Source: Candidatus Heimdallarchaeota archaeon (GTDB taxonomy: Archaea > Asgardarchaeota > Heimdallarchaeia > JABLTI01). From it: a DNA stretch of 64,000 nt. The stretch lies in NCBI GenBank assembly GCA_019058275.1, contig JAHLVW010000108.1, positions 1 through 64,000 on the forward strand. The letters are read 5' to 3'. The notes beneath the pieces are model-generated. The model did no database searches, was not told the origin of the DNA, and saw only the letters and a list, made by a program, of their open reading frames with translations. Shown piece after piece: positions 49,620-60,219 of this stretch. The translations under genes were made by a program, and so were the position numbers. Position 1 is the stretch's first letter, and every line of letters starts with the position of its first letter.

Positions 49620-51129
49620 CGATCAATTTATCTTCAATAATGTAGTCGCTAGGTTTCTTATCCTCAGGCAAAGTAGTTTTTCTGATATTAGTTGTAATGG
49701 AATCAAGATAGATTTCAGCTTTATCAGAATTTTTAGCTGAAATTTCATGCTCGCTATATCGAGCTTCTTCATATAAATCTGTTAAATCTTCCAGTGATTC
49801 ATCTGGTAAATCAAATTTCTCTTTCGTTGATTTTTCAAAGTCCCCAGGAGTCATATTTCGTTCAGATTTAGCTCCATGATCAATTAAATCGTATGATGCT
49901 TTATGATAAGCCCGTATTACTCTTTTACGATGATCTGTTGCAGTTGCTGTTGGTAACCACCGCTTATCACTATCTAAAATTTGTTCATGAAATTCATCCC
50001 CACGTTTTCTAAAGAAATCAATTCCAACAAAAACTACAGCTACGATGATAAATACGCCTGATATTACTAGCAAAACTGTTGAGATGACTGGTTTATTAAG
50101 TCCAGTAAACCCGCCACCAGTATCTGGACTTGATGTAGGGAGAGGTCCAGTCTGATTACCAGTTGGTGAGATTGATGTTTGATTATCAGTAGTAGGATCA
50201 GGAGATGTTGTATTTGTAGGAGTAGTTGTAGGTTCAATTTTTGGAGTTAATTCGCGCAAGAAATTAACCAGATAACCATAGCCAAAACCAATTATAACTG
50301 CTAAAACCAATGGTACGATAAACCTAGTCCAACTTCCTTCTGAGAAAACTAATCTGAAAAGGTAGAAGAGAAGAACTAAACCTAAAGTAGCAAAAGGCAT
50401 ATACAAAGCAATTCGTGTGAAAATATTATTTGAGTCCGATCGAGGTAAACCAGTAAAATAATCACTCCACCCATTTGAACCAACGTAATCTGAAACATGA
50501 ACCCAATCTAATTGATGTAAATTATACCAGTACAAAACCAGTGCATCAGATGTTGTAAATTCACTATCAAAAGCTCTCAGTTTAAATTCATCGTTAATAA
50601 AAACGCTAAAGGTATTATTTGTTGCACGAACAACTTTCACTTTGTAATTTGTTATCGCCTCGGGTTTAAAGAATGTTGAATTTAGAGTTACCTCTGAACC
50701 AGCTCCATTAATCTTTACTAATGCTAGATCCTCTCCAATTTCAAATACAAGTTTGTAACCTTTTGTTGGTATATAGTAGTAATCTTCATCTTGTTCTAAT
50801 GAAACAAAAATGATTGATGCTGAACCAGAACCATAATATCTCAAATCCCATTCCCATTCACCATATGCAACACCGCTTTCATGATAAGCCCAATTAAGAT
50901 CCGGTGATCTTGCAACATATCTACCTTCCTCTCCTATAAAATTCCCTTGTGTAACATGCCAATCACTGGTATCAGAATCGAAAAGGTATTTGGTAGAAAA
51001 AGCAACAGTAACAACTGAGATTGTTAAGAAGAATGCAACTATTAGGAATTTCTTATCTATTTTGAATCCTGAGCTAGAAGTTTTTTCTCCTTGTTTCTTA
51101 TGACCCTCTTCCATGGTTTCTTCAGACAT
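49564..51129 (-). CDS. DUF4129-domain membrane protein with beta-sandwich ectodomain
   Basis: VIRAY...TPGDF...LTDLYEEARYSEHEIS; Thr/Pro-rich linker; several TMs. Confidence 0.82.
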   Translation of the reverse strand: MSEETMEEGHKKQGEKTSSSGFKIDKKFLIVAFFLTISVVTVAFSTKYLFDSDTSDWHVTQGNFIGEEGRYVARSPDLNWAYHESGVAYGEWEWDLRYYGSGSASIIFVSLEQDEDYYYIPTKGYKLVFEIGEDLALVKINGAGSEVTLNSTFFKPEAITNYKVKVVRATNNTFSVFINDEFKLRAFDSEFTTSDALVLYWYNLHQLDWVHVSDYVGSNGWSDYFTGLPRSDSNNIFTRIALYMPFATLGLVLLFYLFRLVFSEGSWTRFIVPLVLAVIIGFGYGYLVNFLRELTPKIEPTTTPTNTTSPDPTTDNQTSISPTGNQTGPLPTSSPDTGGGFTGLNKPVISTVLLVISGVFIIVAVVFVGIDFFRKRGDEFHEQILDSDKRWLPTATATDHRKRVIRAYHKASYDLIDHGAKSERNMTPGDFEKSTKEKFDLPDESLEDLTDLYEEARYSEHEISAKNSDKAEIYLDSITTNIRKTTLPEDKKPSDYIIEDKLIDDEATEKKKPKKGVDEDS

Positions 51130-51203
51130 TACTTAAGCACCAATAAATTCTCATGATACTATGTGTGAACATAGTATATTTATTCTTTTGAATAGTTTGA
51201 AAA

Positions 51204-51647
51204 TTAAAAAAGTGGATAAAGTGATGCTAAGAGAACTATTGGATTGTAACTTGTGGAAGAGGTCATTTCAAAAATGAATGTGTTATCTGAAATTCTTTTC
51301 ATTTTAGCGATTTTATTCTTTTTATACAAGATATAGTGATGGGAGGATTTTGAGAAGCACTTTAATTCATCAATAGTATCTTCAACTGATTTCCAAGTTA
51401 GCATATTTGTAGATTTTATTTGTGAAAGTGTTGATTTAAGGGCTATATTGTCAGCTGATAATTTGTAATTTACGACATTCTCTAACTCTCTTACTGTTAT
51501 TTGAGCTTGAGTGTTTTCAAAAAGAAAAATGGCAGAATTATTTAGCATAGGTTTAATTTTACCTGCCTTTTTGTAGCTGCCATTATCTTCTTTGGATAGT
51601 AACCATTGGTCACCAATTGAAGTTATTTTTATTTTCACAGGTATCAC
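51204..51647 (-). CDS. Hypothetical beta-rich protein
   Basis: GTG start overlaps the reconstructed stop of the DUF4139 gene. Confidence 0.55.
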   Translation of the reverse strand: MIPVKIKITSIGDQWLLSKEDNGSYKKAGKIKPMLNNSAIFLFENTQAQITVRELENVVNYKLSADNIALKSTLSQIKSTNMLTWKSVEDTIDELKCFSKSSHHYILYKKNKIAKMKRISDNTFIFEMTSSTSYNPIVLLASLYPLF

Positions 51648-53232
51648 GGCAATGGTGGGTTGATATCAAAATCTTTTTCCCATTCTACTTCATATTTGTA
51701 ATAATTTTCTTCTCAGCATCTGGTCTTACTTTTAGTTCCCAGGTGTAAATACCTAGTGTATCACTGACCGGTTCTACATTTGCAGTGAAACCCTTCACCT
51801 TGATTCTTTCTGATCTGGAGTAAGGAATTACATCCTTAATTGTTATTTGAGATGGTTCCTTTCGATAATTGCTTAAAACAAGCTCATACTCATAAGAGAC
51901 AGCTCTCTTTCCTTTCACTAAGCCAGCTTTCTCTTTTACTCGCTCTAAGAGTTTCTTCTTAGCAGTAATCTTCAGTTCTTCCCTTGCACCAAGCTTGAAT
52001 TCCTCTCGAGGAGCTATTCTATTAATGTAGGTTTCACCTATAAATTCTCCATCTGCATATATTTTGGCATTTCCTCCAAGGATGACTGCATCACCATTTA
52101 TGATTTTATCTTGAGCAATTACACCAAGAGCATCAGATGCAGCCCAATAGAATTCTTTTTCAGATTTCAATTCATGGGTTGTTAGAGTAACTGGATGATT
52201 ATTGCCATCAGAAGGAATAGTCCATTTTCCTGATATCTCAAAGCTTTGGACACCAGATGGACTTTCTACGAGTTCTGCAGTAGGTTCAACCATAGGTTCC
52301 ATACCATAATCAGCCAATTCCATAGCTTCTTCTTTTTCTTGTAAAGCCATAGGAGCCATTTTCTTCGCTTTCAGGGATCTTCGTGGTGCAGGAGGTGGCC
52401 TATAAGGATCATAAATATCTATGTAATATGGAGTGGGGTCTATGGCTCTAAGTGGTTTGAACACTGCAGTTGAAATTTCAAGTGAAACTTTAATCCAGTC
52501 TTCAAGAGTTCTATTTACTATTTGAGCCATGCCCTTCAAAATAGCTTTATCAGTTTTAAGATCTACATCATAGCTAGGTTCCCAGCTAACACCAGTAGTT
52601 TGATATGAAAGTTCAAAAATAAAAGGACCTGCTTGACTAACTTCTACAGCAATAGCAATTTCATATGTTTGTTCAACATGAGATTGATTGCGATACTCAT
52701 TAATTTTGGCTTGCAAAGTGTTCAGTTTCTTTGTTACTTCTTCAATATCATTCTTGAGTTTCTGCACCCTTTTCATATACTCATCATTTCTTTTTGTTTC
52801 AAAAACAATAAACTCAGAAAGTGTTGCTAGTTGTGTTTCACCAGAAGCTAACCACTGTGGATATTCTTCTGAGAATCTCGAACTTAATACTTTCATTCGT
52901 TCGTTTTGATGGGTGGTAAATTCCAGTTGCTTTTGCAAGGATTGAAGATTTTTTTGTAATTTCTCTTCGTCTTGTAAGAGTTTGTTTAATACCTCGTGGG
53001 AAACTTCTTCTTGATAAACAGTTTCTATATCAATTGCTCCTAACGAGCCTTTACCTTTCCCTGAAATCCTTACACTATCTTTGTACAGGTTTTTGGTTAA
53101 ACCAGTAACACTTACTTGTTGAAATCCTTTTTTCAATTCAACTTTACCTGAGCGGAAAACTCTTGCTCCATCCAAGTAGACAACAACTCTATCAATTGTT
53201 GTTTTTAAAACAGTATAATTTTTTTCAGTCAT
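51644..53232 (-). CDS. DUF4140/DUF4139 (MuiA-like) protein with apparent 1-bp deletion near the 3' end
   Basis: VVVYLDGARV, SWEPSYD, LSNY...D.IP.S; the shifted frame continues YKYEVEWEKDFDINPPLP to TGA at 51644-51646. Confidence 0.85.
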
Positions 53233-53389
53233 GAAATATCCCTTCTAATTTGATGTCTCAGCTAATACGCTTTCGGTCAAAAAACCTTTCGAAATAAGAA
53301 TTCAAGTATAAGAAAAGTTTTAACTTTCAACAATAGGTTAATATAACCTATTTATTTATGCTAATCAGCATACAATTGTTGGTGTTAAG

Positions 53390-53860
53390 ATGGGAAATTT
53401 CATTGAGAAAAACTATCAGATACTATCAATAGCAGGATTCATAGTGATAGTTCTGGTAATTACAGGGGGACTAATCTTTGGTCCTTTTAATGAAATTCTA
53501 CCTGAAACTTTGCGTGAGAAACTAGGTTATCCAGCAGAACATCCAAATTTGGAAACAGAAATTAACGTACAGTTAATTGTAGATTTTAATGGATTTCATG
53601 AAAACATCAATGAAACGATTCTGTTTGGAATTAATCAAACAGCTACAGCTTACTCCATTTTAACTGTTGCAAATTTAACTGTAAAAGTAAGGGAATACAA
53701 TAACGGGTATTATGTTGAAGCCATTGAAGGAATTGAAGAAAATTCCAATTATTCTTGGTTTTACAAAGTGGATGGGGAAGCTGGAGCTATTGCTTCAAAC
53801 AGATATGATTTGCGTGCAAATAACACCACATTTGTTCAATGGATGTATCAAAGCTATTGA
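53390..53860 (+). CDS. DUF4430 (transcobalamin-beta-like) membrane-anchored binding protein
   Basis: TAYSIL...GYYVEAIEGI...WFYKVDG...W.Y. Confidence 0.8.
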   Translation: MGNFIEKNYQILSIAGFIVIVLVITGGLIFGPFNEILPETLREKLGYPAEHPNLETEINVQLIVDFNGFHENINETILFGINQTATAYSILTVANLTVKVREYNNGYYVEAIEGIEENSNYSWFYKVDGEAGAIASNRYDLRANNTTFVQWMYQSY

Positions 53861-53869
53861 AAAGAAGGA

Positions 53870-54601
53870 TTGGAAGACATGTATAAATTGAAAAGAAAAA
53901 CGATTATTGGAATATTAACTCTAATCATTAGTGGTTCACTGTTTAGTTCTTTTATGGTGAATAATAACGTATCAGCTAGTTTTCCAGGTGATTTCTATCA
54001 TGGAGAGAATTTCACGTGGAGTATTGATAACATTTCTGAAGGTGTGAATGTTTGGTATAATTTTACTAGTTATGATGATATTGCTAATTGGAATGCTACA
54101 ACTAATGGCTTAATAACATATGAAGTAACAAATTCTAAAATAATCAATGAAGAAGAGTATTTAGTAGGAAACTTAAATATTGGAAATTTATCACTTGTCA
54201 CAGATAATAGAGATATTGGTATTAATTTAGCATTATCAGTTTATCCATGGTATGGTGGTTTAATATCATTAGAAGATGATTGGGATGGATTAGCTACTCT
54301 CATAAATACTATTGGTACATCTTCAATCTATACTGTTGAAGATGTAATTTTAGATCCACATATTGAAGCAAAGAAAATTACTTACAATGATGGTTTCCAA
54401 CAAAGCGAGTTAGTTTATGAGAATAATACTGGTATTTTGATGTCCACAAATACATCAGCAGGAAACTTTTGGTTACAAATGCATTTAACTCAATCATCAA
54501 TTCCAATTCCCTCAGAAACACAAAGCTTTCCTGTTTATTCAGCAATTATTATCTCGAGCATCTCATTTATCCTTGTCATACATCGACAAAAGAAAAAATA
54601 G
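53870..54601 (+). CDS. Secreted protein with C-terminal membrane anchor
   Basis: Signal peptide, YENNTGIL, C-terminal TM plus basic tail. Confidence 0.7.
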   Translation: MEDMYKLKRKTIIGILTLIISGSLFSSFMVNNNVSASFPGDFYHGENFTWSIDNISEGVNVWYNFTSYDDIANWNATTNGLITYEVTNSKIINEEEYLVGNLNIGNLSLVTDNRDIGINLALSVYPWYGGLISLEDDWDGLATLINTIGTSSIYTVEDVILDPHIEAKKITYNDGFQQSELVYENNTGILMSTNTSAGNFWLQMHLTQSSIPIPSETQSFPVYSAIIISSISFILVIHRQKKK

Positions 54602-54629
54602 TACCATCAAACAAATAGGAAGACTGCAA

Positions 54630-55304
54630 GTGAAAAGTAATTCAAGTCTTAGTGAAAAGCAATCTTCAGAACCTATTGCTAATGATGTTGCAGTTGAAAC
54701 TAAAATACAAGAAGCAGATGATTTACCTTTCACAGAATTAAGACTTGATGAATATACGCCAAAAAAAGCAACTCTAAAAGTTGCCTTACTAGCAATCTTT
54801 ACAGCACTGGGTCCAGCATTATCCATTTCCTTTATTTGGTTTCCTTATTTTGAATTAATGACATTAACAATTTTCATTGCTGGAATAGTACTTGGTTTCC
54901 TTTATGGTTCAGCTGTTGCATTGCTTTCAGCAACATTATATGAAATAATATCAATGGTTGCTATTGGTCCAGGATTCGTTGTTTTTCCATTCAAATTGAT
55001 TGTTTACCTTTTGATCGCTTTAATTGGAGCATTCATCGGGAAAACAACGCCTACTAAAACAACTTACTTCTGGAGATTCTTTTTAGGAGTTACTGGAGGA
55101 CTTCTAACTGTTCTTTATGATTTGGTAGTTAATATTGGAATGGTGCTTTTTTTGGAACTAACATTTACAAGCTACTTTATTGTCTTATTAACAGGATTGC
55201 CTGTAACAGCTGCTAAAGTCGGAGTGAATATAACACTATTTGCTTTCATCCCAGACATCCTGAATAGAGCTTTGTCTCCTTTGTTGCTTCGAGTAGAAGG
55301 ATAA
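54630..55304 (+). CDS. ECF transporter S component (CbrT-like)
   Basis: About six TMs; VALLAIFTAL...PYFELMT...G..LG..YG; GTG 54630 preferred. Confidence 0.75.
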   Translation: MKSNSSLSEKQSSEPIANDVAVETKIQEADDLPFTELRLDEYTPKKATLKVALLAIFTALGPALSISFIWFPYFELMTLTIFIAGIVLGFLYGSAVALLSATLYEIISMVAIGPGFVVFPFKLIVYLLIALIGAFIGKTTPTKTTYFWRFFLGVTGGLLTVLYDLVVNIGMVLFLELTFTSYFIVLLTGLPVTAAKVGVNITLFAFIPDILNRALSPLLLRVEG

Positions 55305-55618
55305 GATTTGAGTTCCAACATTTTTTGATTGATGATTGTTTGCTGATCCAAATACGAATCTGAATTTTTGAAAGCAAGAAGATAAAATAATACAATGTAT
55401 AGTAGAAAATTACTCAAAAAAGCAATCCAATGATAAAAAAGGAAAGAATGAAAACTATTTTAAAGTTAAATTAGATATTTAGTTAATACTTAAAAATAGA
55501 AAACTTATCTTGATTATTGCTTTAAAGGCAATTTTCAAATATTAATTAAAACAATAACAATTGTTTAATATTTATAGATAAAGAAAATAATGGCGGAATT
55601 TGTTTCGGAGACAGAAAA

Positions 55619-56776
55619 ATGAGCGATTTATCATTTGAAGAAGAGATGCGCCCTCCAGAAGAAGAAGGCATTTTACTTGATGTCCGTGGCATCAGAACTT
55701 ATTTCTTTACAGAAGAAGGCATTGTAAAAGCACTTGAGAATGTCGGTTATAAAGTATATGAATCAAAAACACTTGGTATTGTAGGCGAATCTGGTTGTGG
55801 TAAATCAGTCAGTGCCCTTTCCGTTATGGGTATTGTACCCGACCCCCCTGGAAAAATTATTGAAGGTGAAGTTTGGTTCAGAGGAGAAGATTTGAGAAAG
55901 AAATCAGATGCTGAAATGAGAACCATTCGTGGTAACAAAATAGCTATGATTTTCCAAGATCCTATGACCTCTCTTAATCCCGTTCTCACAGTAGGAGATC
56001 AAATCATGGAAGCTATTAGACTACACCAAGAAGTAGATCTTCAAACTGCAAGAGAAAATTCTATCAAGATTATGGACCTGGTAGGTATCCCGAGTGCTGC
56101 TGATAGAATTGATGATTATCCATTTATGTTCTCTGGAGGTATGAGGCAAAGAGTTATGATTGCTATGGCTCTCTCATGCAACCCAGAATTACTTATTGCT
56201 GATGAACCAACAACTGCTTTGGATGTAACTATTCAAGCACAAATTTTGAACATTTTCAAAGCTATTCGTAATGAGTTTAACATGTCAATCATGCTTATTA
56301 CTCACGATCTTGGTGTTATTGCAGAACTTTGCGATTACACGACAGTTATGTATGCAGGATACATTGTTGAATACGCTACTACTATTGAGTTATATAAGAA
56401 TCCAATGCATCCTTACACTATTGCCCTACTTGGAGCAATTCCAAAACCAGAAACACGAAAGGATGATGACTTAACAATCATTCCTGGATCTATTCCAAAC
56501 CTAATAGAGCCACCTGCAGGATGTCGTTTCCATCCAAGGTGTACACATACAATGGAACAATGTAAAACAGATATTCCACTGATAAGGCAAGTTGCCCCAC
56601 ATCATACTGTCAGATGTCACCTCTTCAATAAATATCCAGTTGCTGAGGTAGAAGAGTACACTGCTAAACTGCGCGAGATCTATCATGAAGACCAATTACA
56701 AGCAATCGAAGATAGAAAATTCGATAATCGTATGAGAAAGCTCATTAATCGCTTTAAAAGAGAAAAGCAAGAATGA
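55619..56776 (+). CDS. oppD: Oligopeptide/dipeptide ABC transporter ATPase (OppD/DppD)
   Basis: [41 protein letters not shown]; no permeases adjacent. Confidence 0.93.
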   Translation: MSDLSFEEEMRPPEEEGILLDVRGIRTYFFTEEGIVKALENVGYKVYESKTLGIVGESGCGKSVSALSVMGIVPDPPGKIIEGEVWFRGEDLRKKSDAEMRTIRGNKIAMIFQDPMTSLNPVLTVGDQIMEAIRLHQEVDLQTARENSIKIMDLVGIPSAADRIDDYPFMFSGGMRQRVMIAMALSCNPELLIADEPTTALDVTIQAQILNIFKAIRNEFNMSIMLITHDLGVIAELCDYTTVMYAGYIVEYATTIELYKNPMHPYTIALLGAIPKPETRKDDDLTIIPGSIPNLIEPPAGCRFHPRCTHTMEQCKTDIPLIRQVAPHHTVRCHLFNKYPVAEVEEYTAKLREIYHEDQLQAIEDRKFDNRMRKLINRFKREKQE

Positions 56777-56813
56777 AAATGATAGTAAGCTAATTTTTTA
56801 GCTCATCATTTTC
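56775..56813 (+). terminator. Stem-loop after oppD
   Basis: GAAAATGAT...AGCTAA-TTT-TTAGCT...ATCATTTTC. Confidence 0.45.
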
Positions 56814-56927
56814 CTTTATTCCGCCTTAAAATTCTTTATTAAAAACAGCTGGTTTTATGCGAAAAAGTTAATTGCTACTTATGTCATACTATTTGAAAAC
56901 GTAAATTAGAAATAATCTAAAAAGAAG

Positions 56928-57137
56928 ATGGTTAAAAACATGGTTAAAATACCTCGGGTGAATCGCTATGAGTGTGCTGGATGTTCACTATGCGTTATTG
57001 CATTACCTGAAGTATTTAGGTTAACACCAGATGGTTTTTCCGAAGTTTATGCTCCAAATAGCGCAAACAATGATGAGGTTCAGAAGGTTATTGATGACTG
57101 TCCTGTTAATTGCGTTCATTGGTTTGATAAAAATTAA
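56928..57137 (+). CDS. Monocluster ferredoxin
   Basis: CAGCSLC...PEVF...CPVNC. Confidence 0.9.
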   Translation: MVKNMVKIPRVNRYECAGCSLCVIALPEVFRLTPDGFSEVYAPNSANNDEVQKVIDDCPVNCVHWFDKN

Positions 57138-57208
57138 GTAGCTTAATTTGACTTTTTATACAGCAAAATATCAAAGTTATTTTTATAAGAAAAAGAAATG
57201 AAAGGATA

Positions 57209-57508
57209 TTACCCAGTTCTTAAGATTATATGATAGCCAAATTTGGTTTTTACAAGACCAGATAATTTACCCTTTTCTAAAGCAAAAGCAGCTTTTTCGA
57301 ATTCTTTAACCATCTGTCCACGACCAAATTCACCTAAATTTCCACCTTTTTTCTTTGAAGGGCAAATGGAATTTTCTCTAGCTAATTTCGAAAAGAGGTT
57401 AGGTAATTGTTTTGGGTTTGTGGACTTTAGCTGATTTAACAGTTCTTCAGCCTTAGAGTGCTTTTCTACTAGTATATGTGAGGTTTTTATTTTACTCATA
57501 ACTATCAA
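57209..57508 (-). CDS. ppiC: Parvulin-type peptidyl-prolyl isomerase
   Basis: SHILV, SICPSKKKGGNLG, GQMVKEFE, TKFGYHII. Confidence 0.95.
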   Translation of the reverse strand: MIVMSKIKTSHILVEKHSKAEELLNQLKSTNPKQLPNLFSKLARENSICPSKKKGGNLGEFGRGQMVKEFEKAAFALEKGKLSGLVKTKFGYHIILRTG

Positions 57509-57582
57509 TCCAATGATTTGTTTTGAGATAAAAAATCTCTAGTTTACATCTGTTACTCAGAAAGAATTGCTTTAATAATCTA

Positions 57583-57607
57583 TTCGTAAATTTCTGTAAT
57601 TTACGAA
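57583..57607. promoter_or_regulatory. Perfect 10-bp inverted repeat TTCGTAAATT-N5-AATTTACGAA in the divergent ppiC/hypE region
   Basis: Seen directly; operator role inferred. Confidence 0.45.
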
Positions 57608-57687
57608 AGTAAGGAAAACACTAATTATTCTAAATTTTCTGTGTTAGCTAACCTCAAAATTCATTTGTGGAGATAGCTAGCTAGTAG

Positions 57688-58722
57688 ATGATGAAGATGA
57701 AACCCGAATTTGTTGAGATAGCCCATGGTGCTGGTGGTACCAAAATGGACGAGCTTCTCGAAATAGTGATGAAGAATATAACATTGCGAAACATTGGCAA
57801 TGGTATAGGGCTAGATGAAAAAGATGATGGAGCAACAATAGAAATTGGCAAAAAGCGTATAGTTACTTCTATTGATGGACATACAGTACATCCAATTTTC
57901 TTCCCTGGAGGAGATCTCGGACAATTAGCGATAACAGGTACAATAAATGATATTAGCGTTATGGGAGGCAAACCTTTAGCTATTTTATCCAGTATAATTA
58001 TTGAAGAAGGATTTCCAATTGATAATTTAATAAAAATTGTTGATTCTATTGCTGTTACAGCTGAAGAAAATAACGTGGCTATCATTGCAGGTGATACTAA
58101 GGTGATGCCTAGAGGAACTTTGGATCAAATGATTGTTGTAACTGCGGGTATAGGCATTATCGAATCTGAGGAATTGGATATTCGAGATTCAAACCTAAAA
58201 CCGGGTCATAAGATTATTATTTCTGGAACCGTTGGTGATCATGGCATTGCGTTAATGGCAGGAAGAGAAGGAATTTCTTTTGAAACAGAACTTGTCTCAG
58301 ATGTCGCTTCAGTTCATGATATAGTTAATGCAGCATTACAAGTAGGAGGTATAGTTGCAATGAAAGATCCTACTCGTGGTGGTTTAGCATCAGCTTTAAA
58401 TGAATTTGCTGAAAAGTCCAACGTTAGTCTATGGTTAGAAGATGAGAAAATACCAATCGATCCAGCAGTAAATGCTGCAAGTGAAATGTTAGGGTTAGAA
58501 CCTCTTGGAGTAACTTGTGAAGGAAGAGTCCTTTTTGGTGTAGAAAATGATAAAGCTCAAGAGGTATTAAAGGCTATTAAAAAGCTACCAAATGGTAAAA
58601 ACGCTGAAATAATAGGAGAGGTAAAAGCTGATAGACCTGGATATGTTCTATCAAAGACCATTGTTGGCGGACATAGAATTATTGAGAAACCATTTGGAGA
58701 ACAAATACCAAGAGTGTGTTAA
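57688..58722 (+). CDS. hypE: Hydrogenase maturation protein HypE
   Basis: HGAGG, FFPGGDLG, GDTKV, DPTRGG, C-terminal PRVC. Confidence 0.96.
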   Translation: MMKMKPEFVEIAHGAGGTKMDELLEIVMKNITLRNIGNGIGLDEKDDGATIEIGKKRIVTSIDGHTVHPIFFPGGDLGQLAITGTINDISVMGGKPLAILSSIIIEEGFPIDNLIKIVDSIAVTAEENNVAIIAGDTKVMPRGTLDQMIVVTAGIGIIESEELDIRDSNLKPGHKIIISGTVGDHGIALMAGREGISFETELVSDVASVHDIVNAALQVGGIVAMKDPTRGGLASALNEFAEKSNVSLWLEDEKIPIDPAVNAASEMLGLEPLGVTCEGRVLFGVENDKAQEVLKAIKKLPNGKNAEIIGEVKADRPGYVLSKTIVGGHRIIEKPFGEQIPRVC

Positions 58723-58879
58723 AACTAAGATTTTAGGATTAGATTAATAGAAGAGACAAATCCTAAATATAGTAGAGAGAAAAGATAATCATAAAAAGTC
58801 TTTTTAATACACATATTATTGATTAATGTTAATAACCAAAGCAATCTAATGTTCAAATTATACAATAGGAGGAAGCAAT

Positions 58880-59722
58880 TTGAAAGTATCAGATGTAATG
58901 ACTGTAAATCCAGTATGTGTAAAAGTACCAGGTACAAGAGAAGATCTGTTTGAACTAATTCGAAAAACAAATCTCACAAGTTTCCCTGTAATAAAGGGTG
59001 AAACAAATGAATTAATTGGCATTGTAACAGAAACTGATATAGTAAATAAGCCTTCAGAAACACAACTTGCACTTTTGATGACTAAAAATCCAATAACTGT
59101 TGCACCAAAGGATCTTATTGCAAATGTAGTCAAAATTCTTTCCGAAAATAATTTTCGTCAATTGCCTGTTGTTAAAGTAAAGAAGGTAGCTGGGATGATA
59201 ACAATTGGTGATATAATTGCCAAAGTAATTGCTTTAGCTTCCTCTGATAAAACAATAAACGAGTACATGACCAGCAATGTTTTATGCTTATGGCAAGAAA
59301 CACCTTTATCAGTTAGTCAGAGAATTATGGAATTTGCTGGTTCAGAAGCAGCCATGATTTTTGATGATAAAGCAAACATGATAGGCATTGTCACAATGAT
59401 TGATTTTGTTAAATTCTTTGATTCCACAAACAGTGAAAAACGTAGTGAAATGACTGCTGGAGAAGGTAAAGAAGGTAGTTGGGATGCTGTCTCAACAATT
59501 ATTATTCATACAAAAGACCTCACCTTACCAAATGTTCCTGTAAAAGAAATCATGACAAAGGATGTTATAACTACCTTTAGCAAAGCTACTATAAGCGATG
59601 TGGCTAAGAAAATGCATCGAATGGAGCTTTATCAAATGCCAGTAGTTAATGCCAAAGGAGAATTTGTTGGATTAATTCGTGATTTTGATTTGCTAAAAGC
59701 CTATGTTGAGATGAGTGAATAA
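58880..59722 (+). CDS. CBS-domain protein (four CBS repeats)
   Basis: VSDVMT, LPVV, VKEIMTKDV repeats. Confidence 0.92.
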   Translation: MKVSDVMTVNPVCVKVPGTREDLFELIRKTNLTSFPVIKGETNELIGIVTETDIVNKPSETQLALLMTKNPITVAPKDLIANVVKILSENNFRQLPVVKVKKVAGMITIGDIIAKVIALASSDKTINEYMTSNVLCLWQETPLSVSQRIMEFAGSEAAMIFDDKANMIGIVTMIDFVKFFDSTNSEKRSEMTAGEGKEGSWDAVSTIIIHTKDLTLPNVPVKEIMTKDVITTFSKATISDVAKKMHRMELYQMPVVNAKGEFVGLIRDFDLLKAYVEMSE

Positions 59723-59863
59723 AATCTTTAAACATCCTCAATTCTTTTTATTTTACGCTGTTTTTCTATTAAAATCTCAGAGAATAACAGAAAAAGATAT
59801 ATTTCTTAAGGGTGATGAAACCTCTATCACAATATATACATTGACTACAAAGGTGATCTAATA

Positions 59864-60154
59864 TTGTCCAAAAGCAAAGCAACCGGTAGCGTTGTCTTCA
59901 TAGGGTCTAAGCCCGTTATGTCATATGTCCTTGCGTGCATTACCCAGCTCAACGAAGGCAACCAAAAACTAATCTTAAAAGCTCGTGGAAGGGCAATCAG
60001 TCGTGCTGTTGATACTGCTGAAATTATACGACATCGTTTTGTTACTGATGCAGTTATCAAAGAGATTAAAATCAGTACAGAACAGATTGAACGAAGTGAA
60101 GGCGGCACAGCCAACGTCTCCGCAATAGAGATAACCATAAGCAAAAAGAAATAA
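59864..60154 (+). CDS. albA: Chromatin protein Alba
   Basis: [30 protein letters not shown]. Confidence 0.97.
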   Translation: MSKSKATGSVVFIGSKPVMSYVLACITQLNEGNQKLILKARGRAISRAVDTAEIIRHRFVTDAVIKEIKISTEQIERSEGGTANVSAIEITISKKK

Positions 60155-60219
60155 GCTTCACCGCTAAACACAGTTGACATTCGACCGTGTGTTTAATTCT
60201 TTTTCTTTTTTTTTCTGAA

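Noticed and set aside
53233-53389. Cobalamin riboswitch upstream of the DUF4430 gene
   Set aside because: Short, very AT-rich spacer with no B12-box-like sequence.
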